Source: Methanothermobacter tenebrarum (lineage in GTDB: Archaea; Methanobacteriota; Methanobacteria; Methanobacteriales; DSM-23052). From it: a stretch of DNA of 64,000 nucleotides. Under the pieces are notes generated by a model. It saw nothing but the letters and a program-made list of their open reading frames with translations, was not told the origin of the DNA and searched no databases. The position numbers were made by a program, and so were the translations under genes. Location: assembly GCF_003264935.1 (NCBI RefSeq), contig NZ_QLOE01000001.1:1-64000 (forward strand), written 5' to 3'. This document shows, piece after piece, positions 52,162 to 62,492 of the stretch; within the stretch, counting starts at the first letter, position 1; every line of letters begins with the position of its first letter.

Positions 52162-52252
52162 GTTTATTAAGTCATGGTCTTTGGATAAGTATAAATCTTT
52201 TTAAAATCCTCTTTATTAATATGAAAGTGATAGAGATTGGGAGGAGTTTTTC

Positions 52253-53407
52253 ATGGATGAAACATTATTGATGATCCCAGGTCCAACTAGGGTCACCCCC
52301 AGGGTATTAAAGGCCATGTCAGAGAATATAGTGAACCATAGAAGCGCAATATTCGGCAAATTTTTAACAGAAACAAGTGAGATGATCTCAGACATATTCC
52401 GAACCACTAATAAGTCCTATATACTCACAGGTTCCGGTACTGCGGCCATGGAAGCGGCCATAGTTAATATATTGGAGCCTGGTGACAAGATACTTAATGT
52501 GGTCGGTGGAAAATTCGGAGAAAGATTCAGTAATATTGTTGAAGCGTTCGGGGGCGAATCAAAGAGGATCGAGGTCGAATGGGGGAAAGCGGCAAACCCT
52601 AATGATATTAAAGAAGCCCTTGAAGAGGATGAGAATATAAAAGCAGTTACTGTAGTGCACAATGAAACTTCTACTGGGGTTGCTAATCCCATAAAAGAAA
52701 TAGGTAAGATCCTAGATGATTATGATGCACTTTATATTGTTGATACTGTCTCCTCATTAGGAGGGGCTGAAGTAGACGTTGATGGATACAATATAGATAT
52801 TTGTGTCACTGGTTCGCAGAAATGCCTCGCAGCACCTCCAGGTTTAGCCGCGATAACATTAAGTGATGATGCATGGAATGTTGTTGATAACACAAATTCA
52901 AGATGCTACTATCTAGACCTTAAAAAGTATAGGAAGACCAGCAGCATGGAACCCCCAGAGACGCCTTACACCCCAGCAGTCTCATTAGTATACGCATTAC
53001 ATGAAGCATTGAAGGTTGTGAAGGAAGAAGGCCTCGAAAATAGGATTAAAAGGCATGAATTGGCTGCTGAGGCCACTAGGAATGCTATAAAGGCCTTGGG
53101 CCTCGAGTTGTTCCCTGACGAGGAGGTTTCATCCACAACTGTTACAGCGGTTAAATTACCAGAGGGTGTGACAGACGCTGAACTGCGGGGTACCATGAGA
53201 AACAAGTATCATGTGGAACTTGCAGGTGGACAAGATCACTTGAAGGGTAAAATATTCAGGATAGGACATATGGGTAACATAACACACAGGGAACTTATAA
53301 CAACGTTCTCAGCACTTGAAATGACCCTAAGAGAACTTGGATTCGATGTGGAGATGGGTGTAGGCGTAGCTGCAATAGCAGACACTTACCTGCCCCAAAA
53401 ATTATAA
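52253..53407 (+). CDS. class V pyridoxal-phosphate aminotransferase (serine-pyruvate / alanine-glyoxylate / phosphoserine type)
   Basis: 384 aa. N-terminus LLMIPGPTRVTPRVLKAM. PLP-lysine region SGSQKCL. Confidence 0.7.
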   Translation: MDETLLMIPGPTRVTPRVLKAMSENIVNHRSAIFGKFLTETSEMISDIFRTTNKSYILTGSGTAAMEAAIVNILEPGDKILNVVGGKFGERFSNIVEAFGGESKRIEVEWGKAANPNDIKEALEEDENIKAVTVVHNETSTGVANPIKEIGKILDDYDALYIVDTVSSLGGAEVDVDGYNIDICVTGSQKCLAAPPGLAAITLSDDAWNVVDNTNSRCYYLDLKKYRKTSSMEPPETPYTPAVSLVYALHEALKVVKEEGLENRIKRHELAAEATRNAIKALGLELFPDEEVSSTTVTAVKLPEGVTDAELRGTMRNKYHVELAGGQDHLKGKIFRIGHMGNITHRELITTFSALEMTLRELGFDVEMGVGVAAIADTYLPQKL

Positions 53408-53425
53408 AACCTTTTTATATTTTTT

Positions 53426-53815
53426 CTAGTACATTTTTATGGGTTCTATGCCTAATATTGTCCCCGTTTTCTCATCTACTCGGATGTAGGCTACAATGGT
53501 CCCTGGTGGATGTTGTCCCTCACTTGTAATTACAACTACTGGAACATAATATACTCCATCTCTTAATGAGGGTGTGCCAGTTGTGGTATTCCCAAATTCC
53601 GCAGGGTTTGCTGCCATGTAATTAGCTGCGATATTCTGAGCCTCTTCTGCTGATATCCCACTAGTGGTAACTGTTTGATTATTTTGGATTTCTTGGGGTT
53701 TTGTGACATTTTGGGTGATATTCTCCTTTTCTTCTTTAGAAAAGTAGAATATGCCTCCAACTAGAATCAGTATAATAATTATTACAAGGGCCAATAGGAT
53801 ATACTTAGAGTCCAT
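53426..53815 (-). CDS. membrane-anchored PepSY-like domain protein
   Basis: 129 aa. N-terminal TM helix. C-terminal …GISAEEAQNIAANY… GVYYVPVV… AYIRVDEKTGTILG resembles PepSY. Confidence 0.35.
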   Translation of the reverse strand: MDSKYILLALVIIIILILVGGIFYFSKEEKENITQNVTKPQEIQNNQTVTTSGISAEEAQNIAANYMAANPAEFGNTTTGTPSLRDGVYYVPVVVITSEGQHPPGTIVAYIRVDEKTGTILGIEPIKMY

Positions 53816-53880
53816 TTTTTAAACAACCAGCAGAATTTTACTATAATTATGTTCATTTATATTATAAAAAGGTTCACTTT

Positions 53881-55257
53881 TTAGCTCATCTCATTGATGG
53901 ACTTTTTAACGATACTAATACCCCATTTGGCCATTTGGGTGGCTTTTTCTTGGCTTTTGGCTTCTGCGAAGCATCTGAATATGGGTTCTGTGCCCGATGG
54001 TCTTATGATCACCCACCCATCTTCTTTAAATATTTTAACGCCATCTGTGGTGTCTATTCTATCTATTTTAGGGTCCTTTTCAACTTTTTCTTGGATGGTG
54101 GCCATTACTTTGGGTTTAAGTTCATCTGGACATCTTATTTTCATCTTTTCAGAATAATATTTTGGTAGTTCAGCCACGAGCTTAGAGATTGGTTTGCCTT
54201 CTTCGGCCATGATCTCAAGTATTTTGGCGGCTGAGAGGGCTCCATCCCTACCATATACGAAATCTGGGAATATTAGGCCGCCATTTTCTTCACCGCCGAA
54301 GAGTCCTTTTTTTTCTTTGAGGGTTCTTGCCACGATTAGATCGCCTACTGGAGTTGTTATAACCTTTCCATTGTTTTCTTTTGCAATATCGTAGATGGCT
54401 GAAGTGGTTGCTACCGTTGTTACAATTAAGCCTCCTTTGTTTTCCTTTAACATTTTCTTCTCTACTAATGCGAAGGTTTTATCGCCGAAGATGAACTCTC
54501 CATTTTCATCTATACAGATTGTCCTGTCAGCGTCGCCGTCATGGGCTATGCCAAGATCGGCTCCACTGGCTTTAACCGTGTTCATTAGGTCTTTCAGGTT
54601 TTCTGGGGTTGGTTCGGGGTTTCGTCCGGGGAAAAAGCCGTCTGGTTGACAATTCAATGATAAGACTTCGCATCCAAGCTCTCTTAGAAGGTATGGTGTT
54701 GTATAGGAGGCTGCTCCTGATCCGCAGTCAACTACAACAGTAAAATTAGCCTCTCTTATAATGTCGGCATCAACTCTCTTTATAACTTCATCTATGTATT
54801 CTCTGATAATCCTCCTATTTCTGGTTGTGGAACCTATATTCTCCCATGGAACTCTTTCAACTTTTTCTTCGAAGAAAATTTTCTCTATTTTTTCTTCTAT
54901 TTCTTCTTTGACTCCGATACCGTGTTCATCGACGAATTTTATCCCATTGTATTCTGGGGGATTATGGGATGCTGTGATGATAACCCCTGCATCATAGTAT
55001 TTTCTAACAGCATATTGTACAGTAGGGGTTGGGAGGATCCCAAGATCTACAACATCACATCCACTAGATAGGAGGCCTGCTATAACAGCATGTTTTATCA
55101 TGGGGGTGGAGGTTCTTGTATCACCACCCACAGCAACTTTTCCATCTATGAGAGAGCCGAAGGCTGCTGAGAGCTTTGATGCGAATTCTGGTGTTAATTG
55201 TTTGTTCGCGATCCTCCTAACACCAAAAGTGCCGAATAGTTTTTTCATTGTTATCAA
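53881..55257 (-). CDS. glmM: phosphoglucosamine mutase / phosphomannomutase family (intact paralogue)
   Basis: 458 aa. Active-site loop TASHNPPEYNGIK, metal-binding DGDADR, C-terminal SGTEP phosphate-binding loop. Confidence 0.75.
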   Translation of the reverse strand: MITMKKLFGTFGVRRIANKQLTPEFASKLSAAFGSLIDGKVAVGGDTRTSTPMIKHAVIAGLLSSGCDVVDLGILPTPTVQYAVRKYYDAGVIITASHNPPEYNGIKFVDEHGIGVKEEIEEKIEKIFFEEKVERVPWENIGSTTRNRRIIREYIDEVIKRVDADIIREANFTVVVDCGSGAASYTTPYLLRELGCEVLSLNCQPDGFFPGRNPEPTPENLKDLMNTVKASGADLGIAHDGDADRTICIDENGEFIFGDKTFALVEKKMLKENKGGLIVTTVATTSAIYDIAKENNGKVITTPVGDLIVARTLKEKKGLFGGEENGGLIFPDFVYGRDGALSAAKILEIMAEEGKPISKLVAELPKYYSEKMKIRCPDELKPKVMATIQEKVEKDPKIDRIDTTDGVKIFKEDGWVIIRPSGTEPIFRCFAEAKSQEKATQMAKWGISIVKKSINEMS

Positions 55258-55538
55258 CCTTTTCGTGGAATTTTGAAATCATTATTAATCTTGAGTATGA
55301 GTTGTAGATTAATATTAGTTTTAAGGATTATATAGCCTATTTTTCTCTTATCATTTTTCTTTTGTGGAAGTGGGGGGATATTTACTTGGAACCATAATTT
55401 TTATAGAGGGAGATGAGCTAAAGAATACTCAAGAAAGGGGGGAGAATATAAACTGTCATGGATGGAATCGAGAGCATCATTCGCTGGAATAATGGGCTTT
55501 GGGAATCCCTATTATCCCAGGTTTTCTTAAATGTTGTT

Positions 55539-55940
55539 TCATAATATTTTTAGGTTTTGGGGCTCTTCAAGTATGATTTCCATTGAACCCTTGTATTCTG
55601 CTATTTTCCCTATGATTTTTATTTTTCTGTATTTGAGCATTTCTATACTCAGGTCGGATCTTTCAATCTCATTTTTAACAGATTCAAATATTACGATTGT
55701 TATCTTCCCAGTACCATCATTTAATGTGATGAATGACGCTTTACCAGTCTTTGAATTTTTTATATCCTCCACAAAACCTGTTACTGTGACTTCTTCGTCG
55801 ATCATGCCCTTGTCTATTTCTTTTATTTTAACCTCCCGAGGCGTGATACTACCAGCCGACACTATCATCCCTATAAGGCCTACTAATGCCATGAAAATGA
55901 CAATTTTAAATATCTTCTCATCCTCCACTATAAACACCAT
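55539..55940 (-). CDS. membrane-anchored OB-fold-like protein (hypothetical)
   Basis: 133 aa. N-terminal TM helix. C-terminal region with a β-rich OB-like pattern (…VTVTGFVEDIKNSKTGKASFITLNDGTGKITIVIF…). Confidence 0.3.
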   Translation of the reverse strand: MVFIVEDEKIFKIVIFMALVGLIGMIVSAGSITPREVKIKEIDKGMIDEEVTVTGFVEDIKNSKTGKASFITLNDGTGKITIVIFESVKNEIERSDLSIEMLKYRKIKIIGKIAEYKGSMEIILEEPQNLKIL

Positions 55941-56036
55941 ATTAATTATAGGCTATTAAGTATTATTATATTTTGTGGCCTGCACATCAAAAGTTTTTTA
56001 GAAAAGCCGCAAAATCTGGGATAATTGTGGGATTTT

Positions 56037-57692
56037 TTATGGTTTGAAGAGTGATTCTATACGTTTTATGGTGTCAACGTCTTCTAGGCTGAGATCATCC
56101 CTTATCCTTTTCACCACTGGAAATCGAAGGGAATATCCGCTTTCATACTCTGGGCTTTTTACTATTTCACTATATGCCACTTCTATGATTATTTCAGGTT
56201 TTACCCTGATTTTTCTCCCCTTTTCCTCTATCGTTATCTCCTTTAGCCTTTCTGTGAGTTCTTTGAGTGTTTTATCATCTAGGCCTGTTGCAACATGTGC
56301 TACTGTTTTCAGTTCACCGGTTTCATCATCCCTCGCCGCTAGCAGATATGATCCTATAAGGTGTGCACGTTTTCCTTTGCCGTATGTTCCACCAATAACC
56401 ACCAAATCCAAAGTTTCGGGTTCTGCCTTGTACTTAAGCATCTTTTTGCCCCGTATCCCGGGTATATATGGTGCGTTTGGATCTTTTATCATTATACCTT
56501 CATGTCCCTCTTTTATAGATTCCCTGAAGAGTGATATGCCATCCTTGATATTCTCGGTAGTGACCTTCAATTGTCTACTTAATTCTATCTTACCATCTAT
56601 GGGCCTGATTATAGACTCCAAGATCTTGCGCCGCTCTTTGAAGGGTTCGTCTATGAGGGGCCCCCTATAATATAGGATGTCGAAGAGGTAGAGTGTGAGG
56701 GGTATCCTGGTTATCATTTCTTCGATGTCGTATTTTCTCTTCACCCTTTGGAGGATGTATTGGAATGAACCGGGTCTTCCTTCAATGTTTACGATGATTT
56801 CCCCTTCTACTATGAAATCTTCTTGGGGTAACGATTTTTCCACGCGCTTGATGATCTCGGGCACAGCATTGCTTATATTTTCTAACCTGCGGGTGAATAT
56901 GAGGATTTTATCATCTTTTCTATGTATTTGGACTCTCACACCATCATATTTGGTTTCGCAGAGCGCCTCCCCTAGTTCTTCTATGGCAGATTCTATGCTT
57001 TCTGCAAGTTGGGCTAACATTGGCTTCACTGGCCTTCCAGGTTCTAGTGAGAGTCTGCGGAGTCCAGCTTCGCCTTCACTCTTGGCAACCTTGGCCACCA
57101 TCCCAAGGTCGTTGGTGAGCATGTAGGCTCTTTCAACAATTTCTTTGTCGATGTTGAATGCTAGTGATATGGCATCACTTATAATACCCTCACCAGCCCC
57201 AACCCTTAATTCTTCAAGTATTGTTCTTGTTATATATTTGGCCTCGATTGGGGAGGCTAATGAGAGTATGCCTATTAGTATGTCTATTTTTTTTGATTGG
57301 GCTCCTTTGCCTGTTATGTATGCCAGTTTTTTAAGATCGTTATAGACTTTTTCGACTGTGAGGGGATGTGGGGTGAATGTTAACTGGGATTTTCTTTTGA
57401 ATAATACTTCACTTGCTTTGCCGATGTCGCCTTGTTCGCGGATTTCTTCTTCTATTTCATCAACACTCGCACCAGTGACGATTGATATTGCCTTCATTAG
57501 AAGTTTAGGACCGATTCCAAGCTCTTCTTCGCTCCAAGTTGGGAAAACACGGCCTAGGAGGAGTAAGGTTACGGTTGGTAAAAGTTCGGTTTCTGTTTTT
57601 TTGAGGAAATCAGCTATTATGTCAGTCTTTTCTAATCTTTTGGTTGTTGATTCTAGTTTGTTATAGAGTTTAGCTAAATTTTTGTATTCCAT
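56037..57692 (-). CDS. lig: ATP-dependent DNA ligase
   Basis: Adenylation motif KYDGVRVQIH. The likely true start is MEYKNLAKLYNKLE at 57692, so the track ORF carries a 31-codon N-terminal extension. DNA-binding, adenylation and OB domains are all present. Confidence 0.8.
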   Translation of the reverse strand: MEYKNLAKLYNKLESTTKRLEKTDIIADFLKKTETELLPTVTLLLLGRVFPTWSEEELGIGPKLLMKAISIVTGASVDEIEEEIREQGDIGKASEVLFKRKSQLTFTPHPLTVEKVYNDLKKLAYITGKGAQSKKIDILIGILSLASPIEAKYITRTILEELRVGAGEGIISDAISLAFNIDKEIVERAYMLTNDLGMVAKVAKSEGEAGLRRLSLEPGRPVKPMLAQLAESIESAIEELGEALCETKYDGVRVQIHRKDDKILIFTRRLENISNAVPEIIKRVEKSLPQEDFIVEGEIIVNIEGRPGSFQYILQRVKRKYDIEEMITRIPLTLYLFDILYYRGPLIDEPFKERRKILESIIRPIDGKIELSRQLKVTTENIKDGISLFRESIKEGHEGIMIKDPNAPYIPGIRGKKMLKYKAEPETLDLVVIGGTYGKGKRAHLIGSYLLAARDDETGELKTVAHVATGLDDKTLKELTERLKEITIEEKGRKIRVKPEIIIEVAYSEIVKSPEYESGYSLRFPVVKRIRDDLSLEDVDTIKRIESLFKP

Positions 57693-57733
57693 TATTATCC
57701 CCCTGGGGGGTGCATTCTGTGGGGGTGTTTTTT

Positions 57734-58996
57734 TCATTGTCTCTTGAAAAGTCTTAGGGCGCAGTATTCGCCACACATTGAGCACATGTCTTCTTCTTCA
57801 ACTGGACATTGCATCCTATACTTTCTGGGTTTTTCATGGTCAAATGCCAATTCAAATTGCCTCTCCCAGTTGAAGTCTCTTCTCGCCCTCGCCATCTCTA
57901 ATTCCATGTTCCACGCCCTCTCCATCCTCTTAGCTGAATCAGCTGCCTGTGCAGCTATCTTTGATGCTATAACCCCCTCTTTAACTTCTCTTATGCCTGG
58001 TATGGTTAAGTGTTCTGCTGGTGTTACATAACAGATGAAATCTGCTCCATAATAGGCTGCTATAGCCCCTCCAATGGCTGCGCTTATATGATCATAACCT
58101 GGAGCCATGTCAGTTACTATGGGACCTAGGACGTAGAATGGAGCTCCCTTACAGAGGGTCTTCTGGATTTTCATATTCGCGGGGATTTGATCTATTGGGA
58201 CATGTCCGGGCCCCTCTACCATACATTGTACATTTGCTTCCCTGGCTTTTTCAACCAGTTCTCCTAGTATGATTAGTTCTTGTAGTTGTGGGGTGTCTGA
58301 TGCGTCTGCCAGGCAGCCTGGTCTCAGTCCATCACCGAGGCTGAGTGTGACATCATATTCATGGGCTATTTCGAGGAGGTATTCATAGTTTGAGTAGAGT
58401 GGATTCTCCATCTTGTTATGTTTTATCCATGTGGCGAGGAAAACTCCTCCTCTACTCACCATCCCCAGGATCCTGTTTGATCTTTCTAGTTTCTCCACTG
58501 TGTCTAATGTTATGCCAGAGTGGACTGTCATGAAGTCGACTCCATCTTTTGCCTGTTTCTCTATTGTGTTGAAGATGTCGTCTTCGTCCATGTCAACTAT
58601 TGAACCATTTTTTTCTGCAGCTTTTACACCGGCCTCATAGATGGGTACTGTGCCGATTGGTATGTCCACCTCTTCTAGTATTTTTTTTCTTATCTTGGCT
58701 AATTTCGGCCCTGTGCTCAGATCCATTATGGTGTCTGCTCCGTATTGGATGGCGACAAGTGATTTTTTAACTTCCAATTCAGGATCCTCCAATTTGGGGG
58801 AGGATCCGACATTAGCGTTTATTTTTGTGGATAGGCCTTCACCTATCCCACATGGGATTGGATTATGTATTGGATTTGATGGTATGACAATTCTACCCTG
58901 TGCTACTCTTTTCATGATATTTTTGATTTTATAATCTTCTGCTCTGGCCACTTCTTCCATTTGGGGTGTTGTGTTGCCTTTTTTTGCTTCTTCCAT
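57734..58996 (-). CDS. thiC: phosphomethylpyrimidine synthase
   Basis: ThiC core with C-terminal CSMCGEYC motif. The likely true start is MEEAKKG at 58996, so the 72 N-terminal codons in the track are out-of-gene read-through. Confidence 0.8.
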   Translation of the reverse strand: MEEAKKGNTTPQMEEVARAEDYKIKNIMKRVAQGRIVIPSNPIHNPIPCGIGEGLSTKINANVGSSPKLEDPELEVKKSLVAIQYGADTIMDLSTGPKLAKIRKKILEEVDIPIGTVPIYEAGVKAAEKNGSIVDMDEDDIFNTIEKQAKDGVDFMTVHSGITLDTVEKLERSNRILGMVSRGGVFLATWIKHNKMENPLYSNYEYLLEIAHEYDVTLSLGDGLRPGCLADASDTPQLQELIILGELVEKAREANVQCMVEGPGHVPIDQIPANMKIQKTLCKGAPFYVLGPIVTDMAPGYDHISAAIGGAIAAYYGADFICYVTPAEHLTIPGIREVKEGVIASKIAAQAADSAKRMERAWNMELEMARARRDFNWERQFELAFDHEKPRKYRMQCPVEEEDMCSMCGEYCALRLFKRQ

Positions 58997-59035
58997 TTGA
59001 GTCACTTTGGATCCCCTCACCTTTAATATATAATT

Positions 59036-59452
59036 TTGAACACAAATAAGTTTATGATACGAGAACTTTGTGCAAAGGATATTATGATAAGGGATGTTAT
59101 CGTGGTGACACCAGAGGAGTCTGTGGCTGCCGCGAAGTTGAAAATGGTCCGGGCTAATATTGGTGGAGTGCCTGTAGTAGATGGGGATAAGCTTGTTGGA
59201 TTTATAACACATAGGGATATATTATTGGCTGGTAGTGAAGCTCTTAAACTTAAAGTGAAGGATATTATGAGCCGGGATCTTGTTGTAGTTGACAAGAACG
59301 CTTCTATTGGTACTATAAGTAAAATAATGGTGGAGACTGGCTATCAGAGGATTCCTGTGGTGGAAGATGGGAAATTATTGGGTCTTATAACCCAAAGTTG
59401 TGTGATAAAGGCCATAGCAGATCATATAGAAGACGATTGCTTCAAAAAGTAG
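59036..59452 (+). CDS. CBS-domain pair protein
   Basis: 138 aa. Two CBS motifs (…IMIRDVIVVTPEESV… / …IMSRDLVVVDKNASI…). Confidence 0.6.
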   Translation: MNTNKFMIRELCAKDIMIRDVIVVTPEESVAAAKLKMVRANIGGVPVVDGDKLVGFITHRDILLAGSEALKLKVKDIMSRDLVVVDKNASIGTISKIMVETGYQRIPVVEDGKLLGLITQSCVIKAIADHIEDDCFKK

Positions 59453-59457
59453 GATAT

Positions 59458-60273
59458 CTAGATTAGTGGATATGGTATTGGGGGGTTTTTCTTTTCTTTA
59501 AGGCCGCCTATTTTTTCTATTCGCTTTTTTATGAACCTTTCACCATCTTTTGTGGCGGCGTATATTGGTATTGAATATCCTGCCTTGAATAGTGCTTTTT
59601 TATCTCCGATGTGGCGGATATGTTTTGAAGCGCAGGATGTTATGATATCAGCATTTTGAAAGAGTATTTCGGCTTCTTTTCTTGTTATACCAGTGAGGTG
59701 AACAGCAAAAATATAAACTTTCTTGTCCATTTTCCTTATTTTAACTGCATCTTCTATGTTGGCTACTGTAACGGCTATAGAATTGTATCCTTGGTCTAGC
59801 GCTTTTTTAACACCCATGGGCTGGTCTATTTTCCCAGTTTCTGGTTCTAATACGTTTTCTTCTCCAAGTTTTTCTATGATCTTTTTTATGGGGCTTGTTT
59901 TAACCACCCCTGAGATTCTCCCACCCACCCCCTGTGCGAATTCTGGTTCGGTTATTAGAACTGTTCCAGCCCCTTCACATACCATCACTGCGCAGTCTAT
60001 TATATTCTCTTCAAGGAGGGTTGAGATTATCTCGGAGACCCCGAAGGAGAGGAAATCTTTCATCTTGAGTTCTCTTTCCGGTGTGCACATCCCAAAGTCC
60101 CTTATACGGAATTCTATATTCTCACGTATAGTTTCCTTGTTTAGTTCTTTGATGCCCCTATATTTATGGAATAGTGGACAGTATTTTATCATGGGTTCTC
60201 CGAGTGAGACTATCCTACCATCCTTTATTATGATTTTTGCCCTTCCCAGGGCTTCTATGATATGCTCATCCAT
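59458..60273 (-). CDS. conserved hypothetical protein (archaeal; possibly methanogen-specific family)
   Basis: The likely start is MDEHIIEAL at 60273, 4 nt after the upstream gene's TAA. About 272 aa, α/β with Gly-rich loops. No assignable motif. Confidence 0.35.
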   Translation of the reverse strand: MDEHIIEALGRAKIIIKDGRIVSLGEPMIKYCPLFHKYRGIKELNKETIRENIEFRIRDFGMCTPERELKMKDFLSFGVSEIISTLLEENIIDCAVMVCEGAGTVLITEPEFAQGVGGRISGVVKTSPIKKIIEKLGEENVLEPETGKIDQPMGVKKALDQGYNSIAVTVANIEDAVKIRKMDKKVYIFAVHLTGITRKEAEILFQNADIITSCASKHIRHIGDKKALFKAGYSIPIYAATKDGERFIKKRIEKIGGLKEKKNPPIPYPLI

Positions 60274-60277
60274 TCTA

Positions 60278-61312
60278 TTATCCCTCTTTTCGTTTTCTTT
60301 CTTTGTAGGGGAACCCTTCTGCTGGTGTTGGCTTAAGGATTTTGATGGCATCGGATCTCATAAGGGCGTTTACAGAAGCGCTTAGTGAACAGAGCGTCCC
60401 TATACCATAACCTACTCTCTTTTCGTTGTCCATGATATCTACTGTTATGTAGTCTTCCATTCTCACAATCTCTTTTACATTAACGTTTTTCATCCTATGG
60501 AGTACTTTGTTCCCTAGGGCTCCCATGGCTTTCCCTATCCAACAATGTTTAAGGGGACATTGATCGCAATAATGTTTGAATATTCTATTCCATTTTTTAC
60601 TTCCTAATCCTGCTGCTATTTCAGCCCTCACCGTGGAATAGGCTATGCAACAGCCCCAGTTCCTTCCTATAATCTTATCATCTTCGATTAGGTCAGTGTA
60701 TACTCTTCTGTTTTTCCACCTGATACTGTTTAGGATGCCCCTTTCATATTTTATTTGGCCTGTGTTCTTGGATCCTTTTAACTGTTCTGCTATTTTACGC
60801 CTTATACTGGGAACCCTACCAGCTGATATGTTTATTGCGCAAACCGGACAAAATCCTGTGACTGAATTTGATATCTCATCACCATTCTCATCATAGAATA
60901 TCGCCCTAACACCTATACCATCCCTTTTAACCTCCACATACCCACCATTTTCCCAAATAAGGGATATTATAAGCCCCGCGGATGTCACAACCCTACCATA
61001 ACCTGACATTCTAGCCACTCTTCTAAGATCGGTTTTATCTGTTAAAATATCCTCGAGTTCAAATGCTATATCCTCTGGTAAAATCCCGGCGTCTATCTCT
61101 GCTCTAAGTATAGCCGGCGCCCAAGTTATATCCCTACCCACCCCCACAGTTTCCCCTGAAGCATCAACTAGCCAAGCATCCACACCCTCAAAACATTCCC
61201 TCGACTCCGCCCTCATACCCTGATCTGAAATCTCTTCTAGGATCCTATGACATATACCACACGCACCCTCAGTCAAATCAAGGATAGAGGAAGAAACTTT
61301 ATCAACCATCAT
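60278..61312 (-). CDS. conserved hypothetical Cys-rich protein
   Basis: 344 aa. Cys clusters CGICH (N-terminus), CPVCA (middle), CDQCPLKHC (C-terminus) suggest metal binding. Apparent operon with the downstream 272-aa gene. Confidence 0.35.
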   Translation of the reverse strand: MMVDKVSSSILDLTEGACGICHRILEEISDQGMRAESRECFEGVDAWLVDASGETVGVGRDITWAPAILRAEIDAGILPEDIAFELEDILTDKTDLRRVARMSGYGRVVTSAGLIISLIWENGGYVEVKRDGIGVRAIFYDENGDEISNSVTGFCPVCAINISAGRVPSIRRKIAEQLKGSKNTGQIKYERGILNSIRWKNRRVYTDLIEDDKIIGRNWGCCIAYSTVRAEIAAGLGSKKWNRIFKHYCDQCPLKHCWIGKAMGALGNKVLHRMKNVNVKEIVRMEDYITVDIMDNEKRVGYGIGTLCSLSASVNALMRSDAIKILKPTPAEGFPYKERKRKEG

Positions 61313-61411
61313 AATCCCCCCAAAGTTTAACTTTTAATTAATTATTATCATAAACAATTATAAAAGACAAGAGGTGGAATCTTATTAACCAACCATCAAA
61401 AAAATAATATT

Positions 61412-61774
61412 ATGAAAAACCCTCGGGGTTTTAACATGAAATTCAAGATTTGTCATAGAATACCAGACCGAACATTCTCGATAAAAGGCCACTACTTTCC
61501 AGTCTGTTCAAGATGCACTGGTATATACATCGGAGCATTCTCCTATTTCATCATAGCATACCTCACACCCATAAAATACACAACAACATTAATCATCGCA
61601 GCAACACTAATAACAGCACCCACAATAATTGACGGATCCACACAACTATTAGGTTTAAGGGAAAGCAACAACATGCTAAGATTCCTAACAGGCCTACCCG
61701 CAGGTATCGGTATCGGGATCATGACAAAAGCCCTAAAATTCTTAATATTAACGATAATGTGGGGAACATTTTGA
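61412..61774 (+). CDS. DUF2085-family small membrane protein
   Basis: 120 aa. N-terminal [26 protein letters not shown] motif characteristic of DUF2085, followed by 3 TM helices. Confidence 0.45.
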   Translation: MKNPRGFNMKFKICHRIPDRTFSIKGHYFPVCSRCTGIYIGAFSYFIIAYLTPIKYTTTLIIAATLITAPTIIDGSTQLLGLRESNNMLRFLTGLPAGIGIGIMTKALKFLILTIMWGTF

Positions 61775-62421
61775 AATGTCCAAAATGTGGAACATATAAT
61801 AGGCCAGGGGCAAAATTCTGCAGAAACTGCGGTGCAAAACTTGCTAAAACCTCAAGCACAACTTGGGGTGTGCTGGCAAGCTGCTGCTTCGGGATAATAT
61901 TCGTCATAATAATAGGGGCCATTATAAGCCCTGAAGTCCGCCAAGAACCATCCAATAAAATAGAGACTGTATATGGTTATAAGATAGTCTATCAGACAAC
62001 AAATTATACATGTGGACCCGCAGCCCTCGCAACAGCACTTACAAACAAAAAAGGAGCTAACCTAACCGAGAAGATGATAGTAGACTATCTTGGCAACAAT
62101 CCCAAAGGCTACAGCCCCCAACAGATCGTCAAAGCCGCCAAACATTTTGGATACAATGCCATTATAGACACAGGCCCGCCAGAAGAATATGATATTATAG
62201 TAATAGATGATGGGATACTAGACCTAGGATATCCATCCTATGATGCTAACCACACCCAAACCTATTATATAGTACCAGGAACTAATGGACACTTCACAGT
62301 ATATGCTGGAATGACCCCAGACGGCTTCATAGTATTCCTGGACCCATCAAACGGACTAGAATATATCAGCCCAGAAACATTCAATAGAATCTACCAAAAT
62401 ATAAGAATCCATATCCCCTAA
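61759..62421 (+). CDS. zinc-ribbon / TM / C39-like (papain-fold) cysteine-peptidase-domain protein
   Basis: 220 aa. N-terminal [19 protein letters not shown] zinc ribbon, one TM helix, then [13 protein letters not shown] (C39-type catalytic Cys context) and a downstream His (GHFTVYAG). Confidence 0.4.
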   Translation: MGNILKCPKCGTYNRPGAKFCRNCGAKLAKTSSTTWGVLASCCFGIIFVIIIGAIISPEVRQEPSNKIETVYGYKIVYQTTNYTCGPAALATALTNKKGANLTEKMIVDYLGNNPKGYSPQQIVKAAKHFGYNAIIDTGPPEEYDIIVIDDGILDLGYPSYDANHTQTYYIVPGTNGHFTVYAGMTPDGFIVFLDPSNGLEYISPETFNRIYQNIRIHIP

Positions 62422-62492
62422 AAAGATGGGATTGCATCATGATATCCAAGTAAACTTGAATAAGACTTTAAAGGATCTGTGAAGAGGAGCCA

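Noticed and set aside
58997-59035. Expected a TPP riboswitch in the thiC 5' leader
   Set aside because: The spacer between thiC (start 58996, minus) and the divergent CBS gene (59036, plus) is only about 40 bp. It holds just a shared TATA-like box and an RBS, with no room for a roughly 100-nt aptamer.
59023-59212. N-terminal extensions in the track ORFs for thiC, lig, archease and the 297-aa ORF
   Set aside because: The extended N-termini (for example MCYKSNKLIPIYYRH… for thiC) are not protein-like and run through the neighbouring gene's promoter. Internal Met residues coincide with conserved family N-termini and RBS-like sequences, so the shorter starts were used.
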